Positions 51,834 to 63,688 of a DNA stretch of 64,000 nt are shown here, one piece after another. The position numbers and the translations under genes are program-made. Source of the stretch: Ascidiella aspersa (Eukaryota); NCBI GenBank assembly GCA_963924565.1, contig OZ004607.1:11656001-11720000 (forward strand). Reading direction: 5' to 3'. Each line of letters begins with the position of its first letter. Within the stretch, counting starts at the first letter, position 1. The notes beneath the pieces are model-generated. The model had not been told where the DNA came from. It saw nothing but the letters and a program-made list of their open reading frames with translations, and did not search any database.

Positions 51834-54800
51834 ATCTATGTCATATGAGAACAAATATTCTGGATTAGCAATTAGCGGTTCTAGCGGCCCGACGGTACTT
51901 GTGTTCTGTATGTTTCAGATGCACGCTTAGCAATTTATTATTTTGAACCATGCATAGGTTTTTTAAGCGTATATATGCGGTAGATTTTTAGACAGTTGTG
52001 CTTGAATTGTCGCTTTAGGAGTAGCATTTATAGTTTGTATTTTGCTTTAACACATTATTTTCTTTCGCATAGCTAAACAAACAAAAGTCCTCTAAAACCC
52101 TTATTGTAAAGTTTTTTATCCTACAGTTTAATATAGTAAATAAACAGTAATAAGTTTATGTAGCTATGGCATTTCAATGTTTGAGTACTTATTTTTGTGT
52201 TTAATCTAGTTTTTTCTGTTTACTGAAAACACTTTAATTAAAAGATCGTTTTTTGTCTTGTGGTGATTTTTATTTAACGTTTTTTATTTACATTATTAAT
52301 TGACTTTAGTAATACTTAAACAATCCGCAATTTATTCCAATCAATAATACTGAAACCGTGCCATAGGCGTAAATTATTAAGGTGATTTAACCATTGGCAC
52401 AAGTTTTTATAAATCAATTTTCTATATAACGTGGCAAGTTACGTCATTGCATGACGTCATAGTAAAATAACCTATAAAAGGGGGCTTTTCTAGAAAAAAA
52501 AACGCTGGGCAATAATGCAGCGATTAAGCAAATCGGACAAAACGCAAAACAAAGGATTTACTTGGTTAAAAATGCATTTACTATACCTTAGCTTAAAACG
52601 AAACTTGTCGCATTAGTCACATGACATTACAACTATAGTCTACACAGCTGACTAACAGCACCGAAATTACGTCGGAAGTTCGCATGACGTGCAAAAAAGA
52701 ATAATTTATTTTGTTTTAAAAGTTGGTTAGGTATTATATATATGATACAATGGCCATTTTGCGAAGTTGTTATAGATTTGCGCAAAAAGCAAAACGTTGC
52801 ATTGCGCGGTAATTTGGCAGAAATTGCATTTTGTATAGAGTTTGAGCACAAACAGCGCTAGGCTGTGGACACAAAGAAAATACAAAAATATGTCACGGCG
52901 CCTTTAATCTTAAAATATTGCATTTAATTGGAATAACATAAAAACATATTCGCGCCAAGCGCCAAAAAATGTGCAATTGTACCCAAACTATACGTAAGAA
53001 AATTTATTTCGGGACAAAAATAATATTTTTGCCTGACTGTGCGCCCCCATTTATACGTATTTTTTTAGATCGAAAAACTTTGTTGCACAGTCCCTATAAT
53101 AATGCTCCTTTTTTTAGAACAATACTTATTAACTTTTAAAGTAGCTATCTACGAAAGTTCGTATCCCGAGTCAACTGAAGCCAGGTCTACCTTTGCACAC
53201 ACAACGGCAACGATCATTTCGGCTTTATGAAAAGATTGGCCAGGCAGCCATTGTTTTACAGCTGCTTAGCGTTTCCCGGACTTCTATGTGTTTTAAATAA
53301 TCTCAATTTACATAATGTACCTTTTCGTGTATATTTAATTTTGTTAATGACGTATCCATTTTGATGTGAGCGAGAGCGCAACGACTGTAGATGTCTGATG
53401 TTGTTTTTTATATAAAACTCGATCAGAACAAACGTGCAATTTATTAATCGTTATTGAGTTTGTTGTCTAATTACTCATATTTCATAAAAAATATTTTCTT
53501 AAATAACAGGCTTGGCGATAAGAGTGTAGGATATGAATCACTGTAAGAAGTTCTATTTTTACTGCTTAACTTTGCAATTCAAATACTTCGTGTATATGTA
53601 ACACTGAGTTCCCACGATTGCGAATGAACCAAAGCAACAGTTTCCGGTTTTCCAACTAAAATCGGCAGCCGTAAGCGACGGCTTTCCCGAATTCTGACTT
53701 GTGTGAAAATGCCTTGATTATTCATAATAAGCAGCACAGGCGAATTTAGGCAGGTCAGCGTTTCAATTTTTGTTAAGCGATAATGTTGTTCCCAAAGCAG
53801 ATTAACAATAGTTTAGTCTGAAGATACTAATCAAACATTTAATTTGTTTATAAAACGAAGGGTAGGCAAATCTTAGACATAGGCAGATTTAAGAGGGAAG
53901 GACACTTTGTAGCGTATTTTTTTATAAGAACGCTTGCACATAGCTGTTATGCAGGCGTCGCTAAGTGGAAAGGGCTTAGGGAGAAATACATCTAGCTATT
54001 TCCAACACCTACGTCTTGGTATAACGAAAAAAATTTTATTGCAAAAGTCAGAACCGAAAAATATATTTGGTATTGTGACATTCAGAACAAGTACCTTTGA
54101 TTGTCGATGTGTAAAGGCGGTTACCGTCGTTTGAAGTGAAAGCGAGACATATGAGGGAAATGGAAGCATAAAATAATTTTATTATCATCCAGTTAAAACC
54201 AAATCTGTTGTTTTCAGTGATTTTAAAAACCTTCTTGTGACGTTCCGCGACTTATTTTAGTGAAACGTAAACAGGTCTGGGGAGGATATGTTCTTAAATG
54301 TTATACATAACTTTCTTACAATTATTCTTACGTCCCCCTCGGTTTAGCTCATTTTTCCTATATTACGTTCATATATGCAACTAGTCGGCATATGTTAAAA
54401 AAACTTGCAATCAATTCAAGAGATTGCGAAAAGTTTACGCTTACTTGGATCTTCGGTCTAACACGTCTGCGCATATACAGGTTAAAACACTGCACTAAAG
54501 ATTGAAAATTACTGGAAACTAGACAATGTGAATGTTTTATGACAACAACTTTCCAACTTTAGAAATGTTCATAAGTCTTTATTGTCTGCTGAACTTGAGG
54601 GCGAATTATCAAATTAAAGGTACTAAATATACATACGACACTTTTTATTATTTAATTAAACTTACTTATTACAAAAATATTTAGTATGGTTTTAAGACTT
54701 CTACAAAATTCTAATTTAAAATAGAACGACATTAAAGGATCAAATTATTTAAAAACTATATGCTTATTGTTCTTATGAAAGGATACAAAATACTTACCAA

Positions 54801-55183
54801 ACTACTGAAATCAAATTTGCAATAATCATTCACCATCAACAACACACCTTGTCAAGTTAAACTTTGACGATGTCCATCGCATGTAAAAAAACAGTCATAT
54901 ATTTGCATAATTGACTGGGTTTAATATGAACTTTAAGCAAACCGCTATTAACTCTTCCACAGGATCAAAAATCATGTCTTATACTAGTTTAATATTAATG
55001 TAACTTACCCATTTGAGAACATCATAGTTAAATGTAATTTGAGTTAAATTAAAAATACAACCTGAGGTTTAAGATTAAAAACATAAACCTCAATAACAAT
55101 TTGGGGGATGGAGTCTCTTAGTGTTGTAATAACGCCTGGTTTTCTTTATACGCAGATCAGTTTATTTACATAGATGTAAAAAA

Positions 55184-56587
55184 ATGACTGTAATGGGTGA
55201 CAACGAGATTAAGATTTACACTAGGAGGTGGTTTTTTCTGCTAGGCCTTGCTGTTTTCCAGTTTTTGGGCGGAATTTCTTTTGCCAGTTTTGGCGAAATC
55301 AGCAACTTTTACACGCAGTATTACAACATCAACCATGCATTGGTGGATTGGATCACAAACGGACGAAATATTGGAGCCGTTTTCATCACAATTCCTTTGG
55401 CGTGGTTCGCATTCAAAGGCAGCATCGGATTAAGAAAGATGGTTGTAATGGTTGTGGTAACAAGCACAATCGGAATGCTGTTTGTTACTGTCGCCCTTAT
55501 TCGCCCTTCACTGGTTGCATTGATATTCATAGGACAGCTCTTTTTAGGAATCTCAGAAACCATCGGAATAGCTTTGCCTTCCACATTTGCAGTTCTGTGG
55601 TTTCCTGAACATCAAGTGGGTACAGCAATATCCGTCAATGTAATAGGTCTGATGGCAGGCGACACAACTGGCTATCTCTTGCCGCCCTACTTGCTCTATT
55701 CGTCAAATTTAGGCAGAAATGATACATATGCCCTCACTACACAAATGCTTGAGCATGGCCGACATACATTACAAACTATGTACGGTTCGTATCTGGGAAT
55801 TGCTGGCTTTCTAGCCGTGATCTTATGTCTATTTATTACCGACCGACCTCCAAAAGCTCCAACAGCGGCTCAAAGCAAGAAGAAAAACACAGTTGCTGAG
55901 AAAAAAGATAGGGCTATGTTTTGCATGGAGACGAAATCTTTATTCACAAATTGGTCGTATGTTATCACCACTATCGCGTTGGCTATGTCCTTTCAAGTAG
56001 TTTTTGTTGAGAATCTTATAATGTCTGAACTTATGCACAGTTTGGACTTGAAGGGCTTCGCTCACCTACCTTCTGACTTGATTAGCGGCTTTGTCATGTC
56101 GCTGTGGAGCCTGAGTAACATAGTTGGACTGCTTTTGGGCGGCCCACTAGTGAACCATTGCAAGCGATACAAAGCACTAATTGTAGTTAGCTTGGCTTGT
56201 ACCTTCATTGCAACAGTGATATTAGCAGTGGGCGTGATATTAAAGAAGTCGACTGCAATATTTTTCGGTAACTCACTATTTGGGTTTTTCAACGGCTTTA
56301 CAAGTGTCATAGCTCTTGAGATTTTAACGCAGCAAACCTACCCAGTAGAAGAAACGGTGGTGAACACTTGGATGACAGGGGCGCTTTCCATAATGGCATT
56401 ACTTCTCGGCGTGCTTGGTAGAATAATTTACCAATTTGGGGGTAGCCTTGGGGTCGTGACCTTGCAAAGCGCGCTATTGCTGGCCGCCGTCTTATCAACC
56501 TGTTTTATTTCACCAAAAAACAAGCGGCTGGATGCAGGGCAAAACGGATTTCCATCAACGTCCGAAACGCCTCTTTTGCAAGAATAA
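55184..56587 (+). CDS. MFS transporter, SLC49 (FLVCR/DIRC2-like) family, copy 2; intronless CDS, 467 aa
   Basis: Close paralog of 48317-49714 with an intact ORF; acceptor CAG ends at 55155; alternative ATG at 55193. Confidence 0.92.
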   Translation: MTVMGDNEIKIYTRRWFFLLGLAVFQFLGGISFASFGEISNFYTQYYNINHALVDWITNGRNIGAVFITIPLAWFAFKGSIGLRKMVVMVVVTSTIGMLFVTVALIRPSLVALIFIGQLFLGISETIGIALPSTFAVLWFPEHQVGTAISVNVIGLMAGDTTGYLLPPYLLYSSNLGRNDTYALTTQMLEHGRHTLQTMYGSYLGIAGFLAVILCLFITDRPPKAPTAAQSKKKNTVAEKKDRAMFCMETKSLFTNWSYVITTIALAMSFQVVFVENLIMSELMHSLDLKGFAHLPSDLISGFVMSLWSLSNIVGLLLGGPLVNHCKRYKALIVVSLACTFIATVILAVGVILKKSTAIFFGNSLFGFFNGFTSVIALEILTQQTYPVEETVVNTWMTGALSIMALLLGVLGRIIYQFGGSLGVVTLQSALLLAAVLSTCFISPKNKRLDAGQNGFPSTSETPLLQE

Positions 56588-56823
56588 AACACACACGTTT
56601 AGGAGTGTTGAGTTATTGTTCGATCTAACATAGACGCATTTTAAGAATAATTGTCGGCTGGCCAATTACCTTTATCAGACTTTACTGCTGGCAATGAGAA
56701 TATGTTCAGTAAGCACAAACACGCATTGTTAAATTACTTTATAAGATAAAAGCTTTACACGTTTTGATCGTAATATTCATGATATTTGTTTGTTTCACTA
56801 TTTGAAGTAATACGATCAGTCAA

Positions 56824-57198
56824 CAGGGGCGGATCGAGGAATTGTGTTTTGGGGCTTTTTTTGGTTTGATATCAAAAAGTTGCCACAAAACGTGGCCGTC
56901 ACAACTTACGTCATCAAGTTACGTCAAAACCTAACTTGTTTTATTTAAAAATAAGGAAGTAACTTGAGTGCAATGTGAAAAAAATGCCTTTTAATAGTTT
57001 CAGTTGCATAAACCTCATTTTAAAGGGTGCGATGGGAAGCACGACGCCTGTTGGGCTAAGGCGAAGAAAGATTCGATAAGACATAATAAAAACTTAATTC
57101 TGATGGGCACAACAATTTTTGCATTTGCGTAGTTAAAATAGTAAAAAAATATAGTTTTTTGGGGGCATGGCTACGTGTCCTCGCTGGATCCGCCTCTG
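56824..57198. mobile_element. hAT-like MITE (375 bp)
   Basis: Termini CAGGGGCGGATC and GATCCGCCTCTG; degenerate TSD TCAGTCAA/CCAGTCAT. Confidence 0.7.
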
Positions 57199-59270
57199 CC
57201 AGTCATCGTCCCTGACGTTTGTTCAAAAGTATCAGTTGAACATTTCAGTTTACCAACCTCTTGTCAAGAATTGTATTGCTTCGATTTTTAAAAAACATTT
57301 TTTCAAACTGGTTGACTAATTATATTTACATGCATTTTTGTAAATAGACAATTTAACCGTAAGTAATTTACAAGTTTGATAATTTAACTATGAAGTTTGA
57401 CGTTCGTGCTGGTGTTTTTCGCTTCATATAACAGATACATTTATTACTTTTAAACAAAACACAACGGTTCAGCCATGTTTTAGATGCTTATATATCAAAT
57501 TCAAATCTGAGGCGAACCCATTTTTGCCCCAGATTTGCTCAACAATTTTTCCATAATTTTTTTAGTTTTGCGGGGATTGACATCTGCTTTATTTATGTTT
57601 TTAGTTGTTGTCTTACTTATATAACGTGAAGAAAAATACTATATATACAGATCACCTCGTGCATTAGTGCATCGGTTCGTAACCACCGGTTTGCGATAAA
57701 TGTTTGCCGGGTACGCCGCAAAGTTGTCATTGTTTTGTGTAAATAGATTTTTATGCCAACTTAAGCAGACGTGAATGAAAAAGTTTTCAAAATATTGTTT
57801 CTTCCACCTTAACACAACTTGCAGTGTGATGCTTTATTTTATTTTGCTGGCACTTCTTGTGACGGCTTAATTGGGACTTGCATAAACTATAGCTATAGGT
57901 ATAGGTTTTGTTCATTAATGACTTCGTGCCTATAAATGTAATTCTGTTTAGCGGTCCGTGAATAGATTTTTGTATCTTTACCGGTCCGCAATTGTCAAAA
58001 GAAACGCTGCATTGGTGGTTCTTTTTTGTAGCATAATGCGTAATGTTAAAGTACAACTCTTCGCAATTGCATATCCAGGCTTTTGTCTAAAACTCTCAAG
58101 TTCGTTTGTCGTTCGGAATAAATATCAGTAGAAACTTTCGGTTGTTTTATCATTAAATACGTAAACCTAGGTTAAGTCTTCTTTAAATATTGCGTAGAAA
58201 ACATCGTATAATGTTGAAAACCTGCTCCATAACCTACGAAACGCAAACTCAACTAAAGTTGCCATAAAATTAAAAATGTTGTAATAAAACTTTCAACATT
58301 CAAAGTTTATCCAGCAAAACAAACATATAAATACGTAAACCACAATGTCCACTAGCATATTTGTCGAATGAAAAATTACGTCTGCACATAAATAAAAACG
58401 GTTTTATAATCATACTTAACTGTTAACTTTCTAGGCATATTTATAACATGTTTATTTTACACAAATTTGCTTGAACATTTGCCATTTAAAGCGAATTTTA
58501 TTCGGTATTTTGCTTTAACGCGGCATTTCCTTAGCTAAAGGCAAAAAAGTTTTAATTATAAGGATGTTCCAGATTTATAGCTTAGTCTTATTTTTATGTT
58601 TGTTTTAGCCTTTTGTTAAAATAGAATAACTTGTTCCAGTTAGAAAAAATGTTATATTTCCTTCCGGTAATTTTGGCCGTGGAGTCTACACTGTTAACAT
58701 TTAACGGCCCGCAGGGTTGTTTTTTTTTCACCCATGTTTTAGGCCTACGGAGCCTATAAATAAATTGTATTGTTAAGCATGACCCGATAAGTGCAATAAA
58801 TATTTGTGTGGTATACTCTATCAGGCTTAACTGACCTCTCAGGAAGGTTGTTGAGATAAATGGAGCGATTAAACTGGCAAAGGGGGGGGGGGGGGGCGTA
58901 GTGGTGCTGCCATTGAATACTAATTACGTAATGCTCTATGCCAGTGCTCTACAACCGGTGTGCAGTGTTTTTTTAAGGTTTTTGGGGGACCGTTTCCCAA
59001 ATATCTCCAGCGGTTTCCCAAATTTTGGACTTTTTGGTATTTAAATGAAACACTTGCGGTCTCTTAAAACTATTTAGCGGTCACCCAAATCAAACCTTAA
59101 CAAAACCCTGCCGGTGTGCACGGTGCACCATAGGGTGCAACAAAATATGCATATTGTGCACCAGTACGGAAAGGTATAGGCTACAAGGGTGCATCACAAA
59201 CTTTAAATGAAATATTATTATTTATAACTGAATGCTGTTTTATGACATTGAATAGTATACTAGCAAGCAG

Positions 59271-59424
59271 CAGGGCTGCGGATTAAAAACAACCCGAGTC
59301 CGACTCCCGAGTCCGACCCCGGCCAAAAAAATACACCCGAGTCCGACTCCCGAGTCCCGAGTCCGACTCCGGCCTAATGTAAGATTTTGTCGATTCCCGA
59401 GTCCAGCTTTGACTCTGCAGCCTG
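59271..59424. mobile_element. Small MITE with CCCGAGTCCGACT repeats
   Basis: Termini CAGGGCTGCGGA and TCTGCAGCCTG; second copy nested at about 51095-51367. Confidence 0.7.
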
Positions 59425-59769
59425 TATTTTACTCATTTACGCAACTAAATTAAGGTAGATTTTCTGCAATCCACAGTGGCACCGTACAAAACATTGGTAA
59501 ATAAACCGAGAAATAGGAGAAATCTAACACTTATAAATAAATAAATTATACCAGCTTTTGTAACACAATTTTTTTTTCCAACTGTTCAACATCATTTTTT
59601 TAAAATAGTTGCAAAATTACAAACAATTATACCAAATAATGAGAAAAGTTTGTATTTGAGTGGCAACATGTTTTGTGACGTCACACTTGGACGTATTTTA
59701 GTAACGTCATATATAAATGACCATCAAAAACAGGTTCTGATCTACTGACTGTTTAAAAGTGTTCCCGAT

Positions 59770-61800
59770 TTTTCCAGTTTTTGGGCGGAATTTATTTTGC
59801 CAGTTTTGGCGAAATCAGCAACTTCTACTATCAGTTTTACAACATCAACTATGCGTTGGTGGATTGGATCACAAACGGACAAAATATCAGCGCCGTTTTC
59901 ATCACAGTTCCTTTGGCGTGGTTCGCATTTAAAGGCAGCATCGGATTAAGGAAGATGGTTCTGTTGGTTGTGGTAACAAGCACAATCGGAATGTTGTTTA
60001 TTACTGCCGCCCTCACTCGCCCTTCGCTGGTTTCTTTCATATTCATAGGACAATTGCTGTCAGGAATCGCAGGAGCAATCGGCATAGCTTTGCCTTCAAC
60101 GTTCGCAGTTCTGTGGTTTCCGGAACACCAAGTCGGTACAGCGATATCCGTCAACTTGATTGGCCTTGTTGTCGGTGACACAACTGGTTATCTCTTGCCA
60201 CCTTACTTGCTGTATTCGCAAGGTTTAGGCAAAAACAATACTGCATACACACTGAGCGCTTCAATGCTTGAACACGGTCGACGTAACCTACAAATAATGT
60301 ACGGAACGTATTTCGGTATTGCAGTACTTCTAGCGTTTCTGTTATCTGTGTTTATTACTGACCGCCCCCCAGTGGCGGCTACAGTGGCTATGCAAAGAAT
60401 ACAAGAAAGCAGGAATGTTGGGAAAACAAACTGGAAAATGTTTTGTATGGAGACGACATCGTTGTTCACTAACTGGTCTTATATCATTACGACCATCGCG
60501 TTGGCCGTGTCGTTTAAAGTAGTTGTTACGGACAAAATAACAATATTTATATAAGTTTTCTAGGTTTCTCTGTCAAGTGCAACCATGCGTTACGGTATGA
60601 TTCCTTTGTGTATTTCGGCTTTGTTTTCCCACCCCTTTTTAGTGCAGTCTTTGTTCACTTTCTGTTGCAGTCTTCGTATGGCAGTTATCTGTTGGAATCG
60701 GCTAAGTTTAGTTGTTTATATGCTCGTTAATGTAAGACAATTGCAATTTAGTTAATGTCTAGTTATGTAAAGTGTTTTGGTAACATTTTGTTTGTTGTTA
60801 TTCTTCAAATGTTTAGACGATTAAACCAACACCGTAATGCTAAACACCTAGGTACTGTGAACTTCAGAAATCTCAATGTGTCCTCTACTGTATAACCCCA
60901 ACATGTTCTGTATGATGTAAACGCCTTTCAATGTCATGATTTGGAATGAACCCTCTTTGGATACGAACTGTATTTGTTTATCCGTTGCCGAATTCGTGCA
61001 CCGTTCCTTCACCTTCATCGCCATAATATAACACTGAAAACCACAGTTTGTGCAGTTAGAGGACAGTTGTGAATTTCTGACTCATCGTGCCCAATGACGT
61101 CACCTACGACAAAGGCAAAAGCCTAGGTTTGCTAACTTGTAAGCCTATGCGTGACAGTCCTAAAATTTTGGACGTCACAGTAGTCTTCATTGAAAATCGT
61201 ATAATGTCAGAGATCCTGCATAGTTTGAACTTGGAACGCTTTGCCAATTTTCCTTCAGATTTGCTTAGCGGCTTTGTCATGTCGCTGTGGAGCGTCAGTA
61301 ACATAATTGGCCTGCTTCTGGCTGGTCAGCGGACCAATCACTGCAAACGATACAAGGCTCTAATTGTGGTTAGCCTGACATTGACATTTCTAGCCACAAC
61401 CGTACTGGCAGCAGGAGTAATTTTGGAGAGGGCGGTCGCAATTTTTCTAGGTAACTCTTTTGTTGGATTTTTCAACGGCTTTTCAAGTGTTTTAGGTTTA
61501 GACATTTTAACCCAGCAAACCTACCCTTTAAAAGAAACGGTGGTCAACACTTGGATGACTGGGGTGCTTTCCATAACTGCACTGCTCCTTAGCGTGTTCG
61601 GCAGAGTTATTTTTAACAGTTTGGGCAGCTTCGGGGTGATCTTGGAAAGCGCACTTTTGCTATCCGCCGTATTTTTGTCTTGTTTTATTTCTCCGATAAA
61701 CAAGCGCCTGGAGGCCGGGCAAAACGGCTGCTGTCCATCTTCGTCCAAAACGCCACTTTTGCAGGATAAGAATGTCCGTCATCTAAAGGGACAAACATAG
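59770..61800 (+). pseudogene. SLC49-like MFS copy 3, 5'-truncated and interrupted by an insertion
   Basis: Homology begins abruptly at FQFLGG (about 21 N-terminal codons missing). Halves 59770-60523 and 61185-61800 join in frame (SFKVV|FIENRIMSE) once the insert and one TSD copy are removed. Confidence 0.85.
60524..61179. mobile_element. Solo-LTR-like insertion (656 bp)
   Basis: TG..CA ends; imperfect inverted termini TGTTACGGACAAAAT and ATTTTGGACGTCACA (12/15); perfect 5-bp TSD GTAGT at 60519-60523 and 61180-61184. Confidence 0.85.
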
Positions 61801-62659
61801 CACGTTAATTTGAATAACATTTTTCAAAAATATAAAAATTATTTATATAGTTTGTTTTCGTTCCTTGATTAAATTTTATGAATGATTCTTTTATGAAAAC
61901 CAAAAATGGTAAACTAAACGATTTATATTTTGTTTTTTTAACGGTATTTTGTAACGGTGTCGGAATAAAACTGGTATCGGGCATATTTATAGCCGCATGA
62001 GACTTATTATCTAAATGACATTGTTCTTTACCGCCACCTAAATGCTGTTGCTTTTGGTTAGTCCTTACAAAGTACAAGTCCTAATTTTTCTCATATACGC
62101 TTCTAACATAACCTGTGGTTATGTAAGTTTAGTAAACGTGAAGCTTTTCAAAAACGAATTAAGTACAACATATGGTTTAGTGAAAGATATAGAATTGTCG
62201 TCCAAAACATACAACAATATTACATAATTTAAAACTACAGGCAACAAAGACTTACTTGTTTTTTGTTTGTCTCTAGCGATTATTGCGTTATACAAAAGTC
62301 ATCGTTGCATAATTTAAAAGACTTAAGTAAAGTGTACGTGTTTTTATAACTCTTTTGCGTACTCGATTCAGAAAAGTCCCCACTGTCGTTTCAAACAAAT
62401 TATATATAACCTATATTCTTAGAACTAATCAACTAGTTTAGATAGCTTGAACACACCTAAAAAAGATATTAATGTGCTTCAAAACATTAGCCTAATATTT
62501 TTTTTATGAAACCTTTTGCCATTATCAGTTTTGAAAAGTTTGAACAAAAGTTTTCCAGACGGCGTTTGCTTATTCACCACATGCTGTTGCTACCAGGCAA
62601 AGCATGCCAAATAAAAGCTCCCGCGGCCTAACGCATTAGGTCCGCACAAAGGCGCTACA

Positions 62660-63210
62660 ATAATTAAATTTGTGGCAATTTATTTCCTCCAACGTTTCGG
62701 CTACCTATACAGGATGCCTTAAACAGGCAATGCAACAATACCAAGATAAAACCCACGCAAAGTAAAACTAAACAAAAAGCGATAAAGGCGTCGACCCACA
62801 ACTCAATTGTTATCTTTTAACACCTGTTTGCATGGAGCTGGAAATAAAACGTTCGTTTTTATATTAATAGTATCTGGCTGCCGGTGAATACACCACGTTT
62901 CACAAAAAATACGTTACCAAAGTCACCTTCTTTCGCAATAACAGTGCCACCAGAAGAATTTAATATTGTGATTGAATTTACATACATGCAGCGCAAAAGC
63001 TGACTTCTTAGCGTCGTTGTTTAGCGTCGTTGTCGTTGTTGACTTTCTTAGCGTCGTTGTCTTCACTTCACGAACGTGTTCTTTCCGCCGTGTGTCGAAC
63101 AAACTTCCTATTTCACCAATAAACCATAGGACAATCGCCGCACAGATTATTATAAACTAGGCCCTTTGCCTTGTTGACTTCGATTGAGTTTTCAGGATAC
63201 TACAACAGGT
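62660..63210 (-). mobile_element. Penelope-like retroelement 3' remnant (GIY-YIG endonuclease, frameshifted)
   Basis: Minus strand reads KGLVYNNLCGDCPMV[fs]IGEIGSLFDTRRKEHVREVK..KSAFALHVCKFNHNI..VIAKE..IHRQPDTIN, followed by a degenerate hammerhead-like GCC-GAAACGTT at 62691-62701. Confidence 0.8.
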
Positions 63211-63650
63211 GGCATAACGTGGTGATAGTGACCCACTTCTCCCATTCAGTAGGGGCTCGTTCCGTGAGACCGCACGTTGTTGTCTTAGTAACGACAGTGG
63301 ACATCTAATAAGGCCTAGGAATTTGCGAACCCATCGAAGCCGGTGGTCTTTCACCGGATCACTGTGGGTTTGTGTCCTGCCATTTGTTTCCGGGCAGTAA
63401 AATATTAAACTTATTAATAATACTGACACCTATTACCTATAAATCTTATGCCGAAGCGCAGTTTAACTCTGGTCCTACCTCCAAGTGGCGGCATCGTCTC
63501 CCTTTGAGAGAATGCTTGTCCTCAGGATTTTGGTCAATGGGAAGAATAAGTCTGTTAATCTTCACCCTTTACTTCACACTTACTTTCTTTTTTTTTTTCA
63601 GTAGAAAGAGAGTGGCCCAAATAATAGATAAAAGATTCATTCTTTTATTA

Positions 63651-63688
63651 GCAAACGTTTCGGCAATTTATTTTGCCATCATCAGTGC
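63651..63688 (-). ncRNA. Minimal type I hammerhead ribozyme motif (Penelope-associated type)
   Basis: Minus strand: GCA-CUGAUGA-U-GGCAA(AAUAAA)UUGCC-GAAA-CG-UU-UGC, then AATAAA; core intact, 5-bp stem II, palindromic AACGUU stem III, 3-bp stem I. Confidence 0.7.

Noticed and set aside
58882-58896. G15 homopolymer as a functional G-quadruplex
   Set aside because: Isolated run among repeat fragments with no supporting context.
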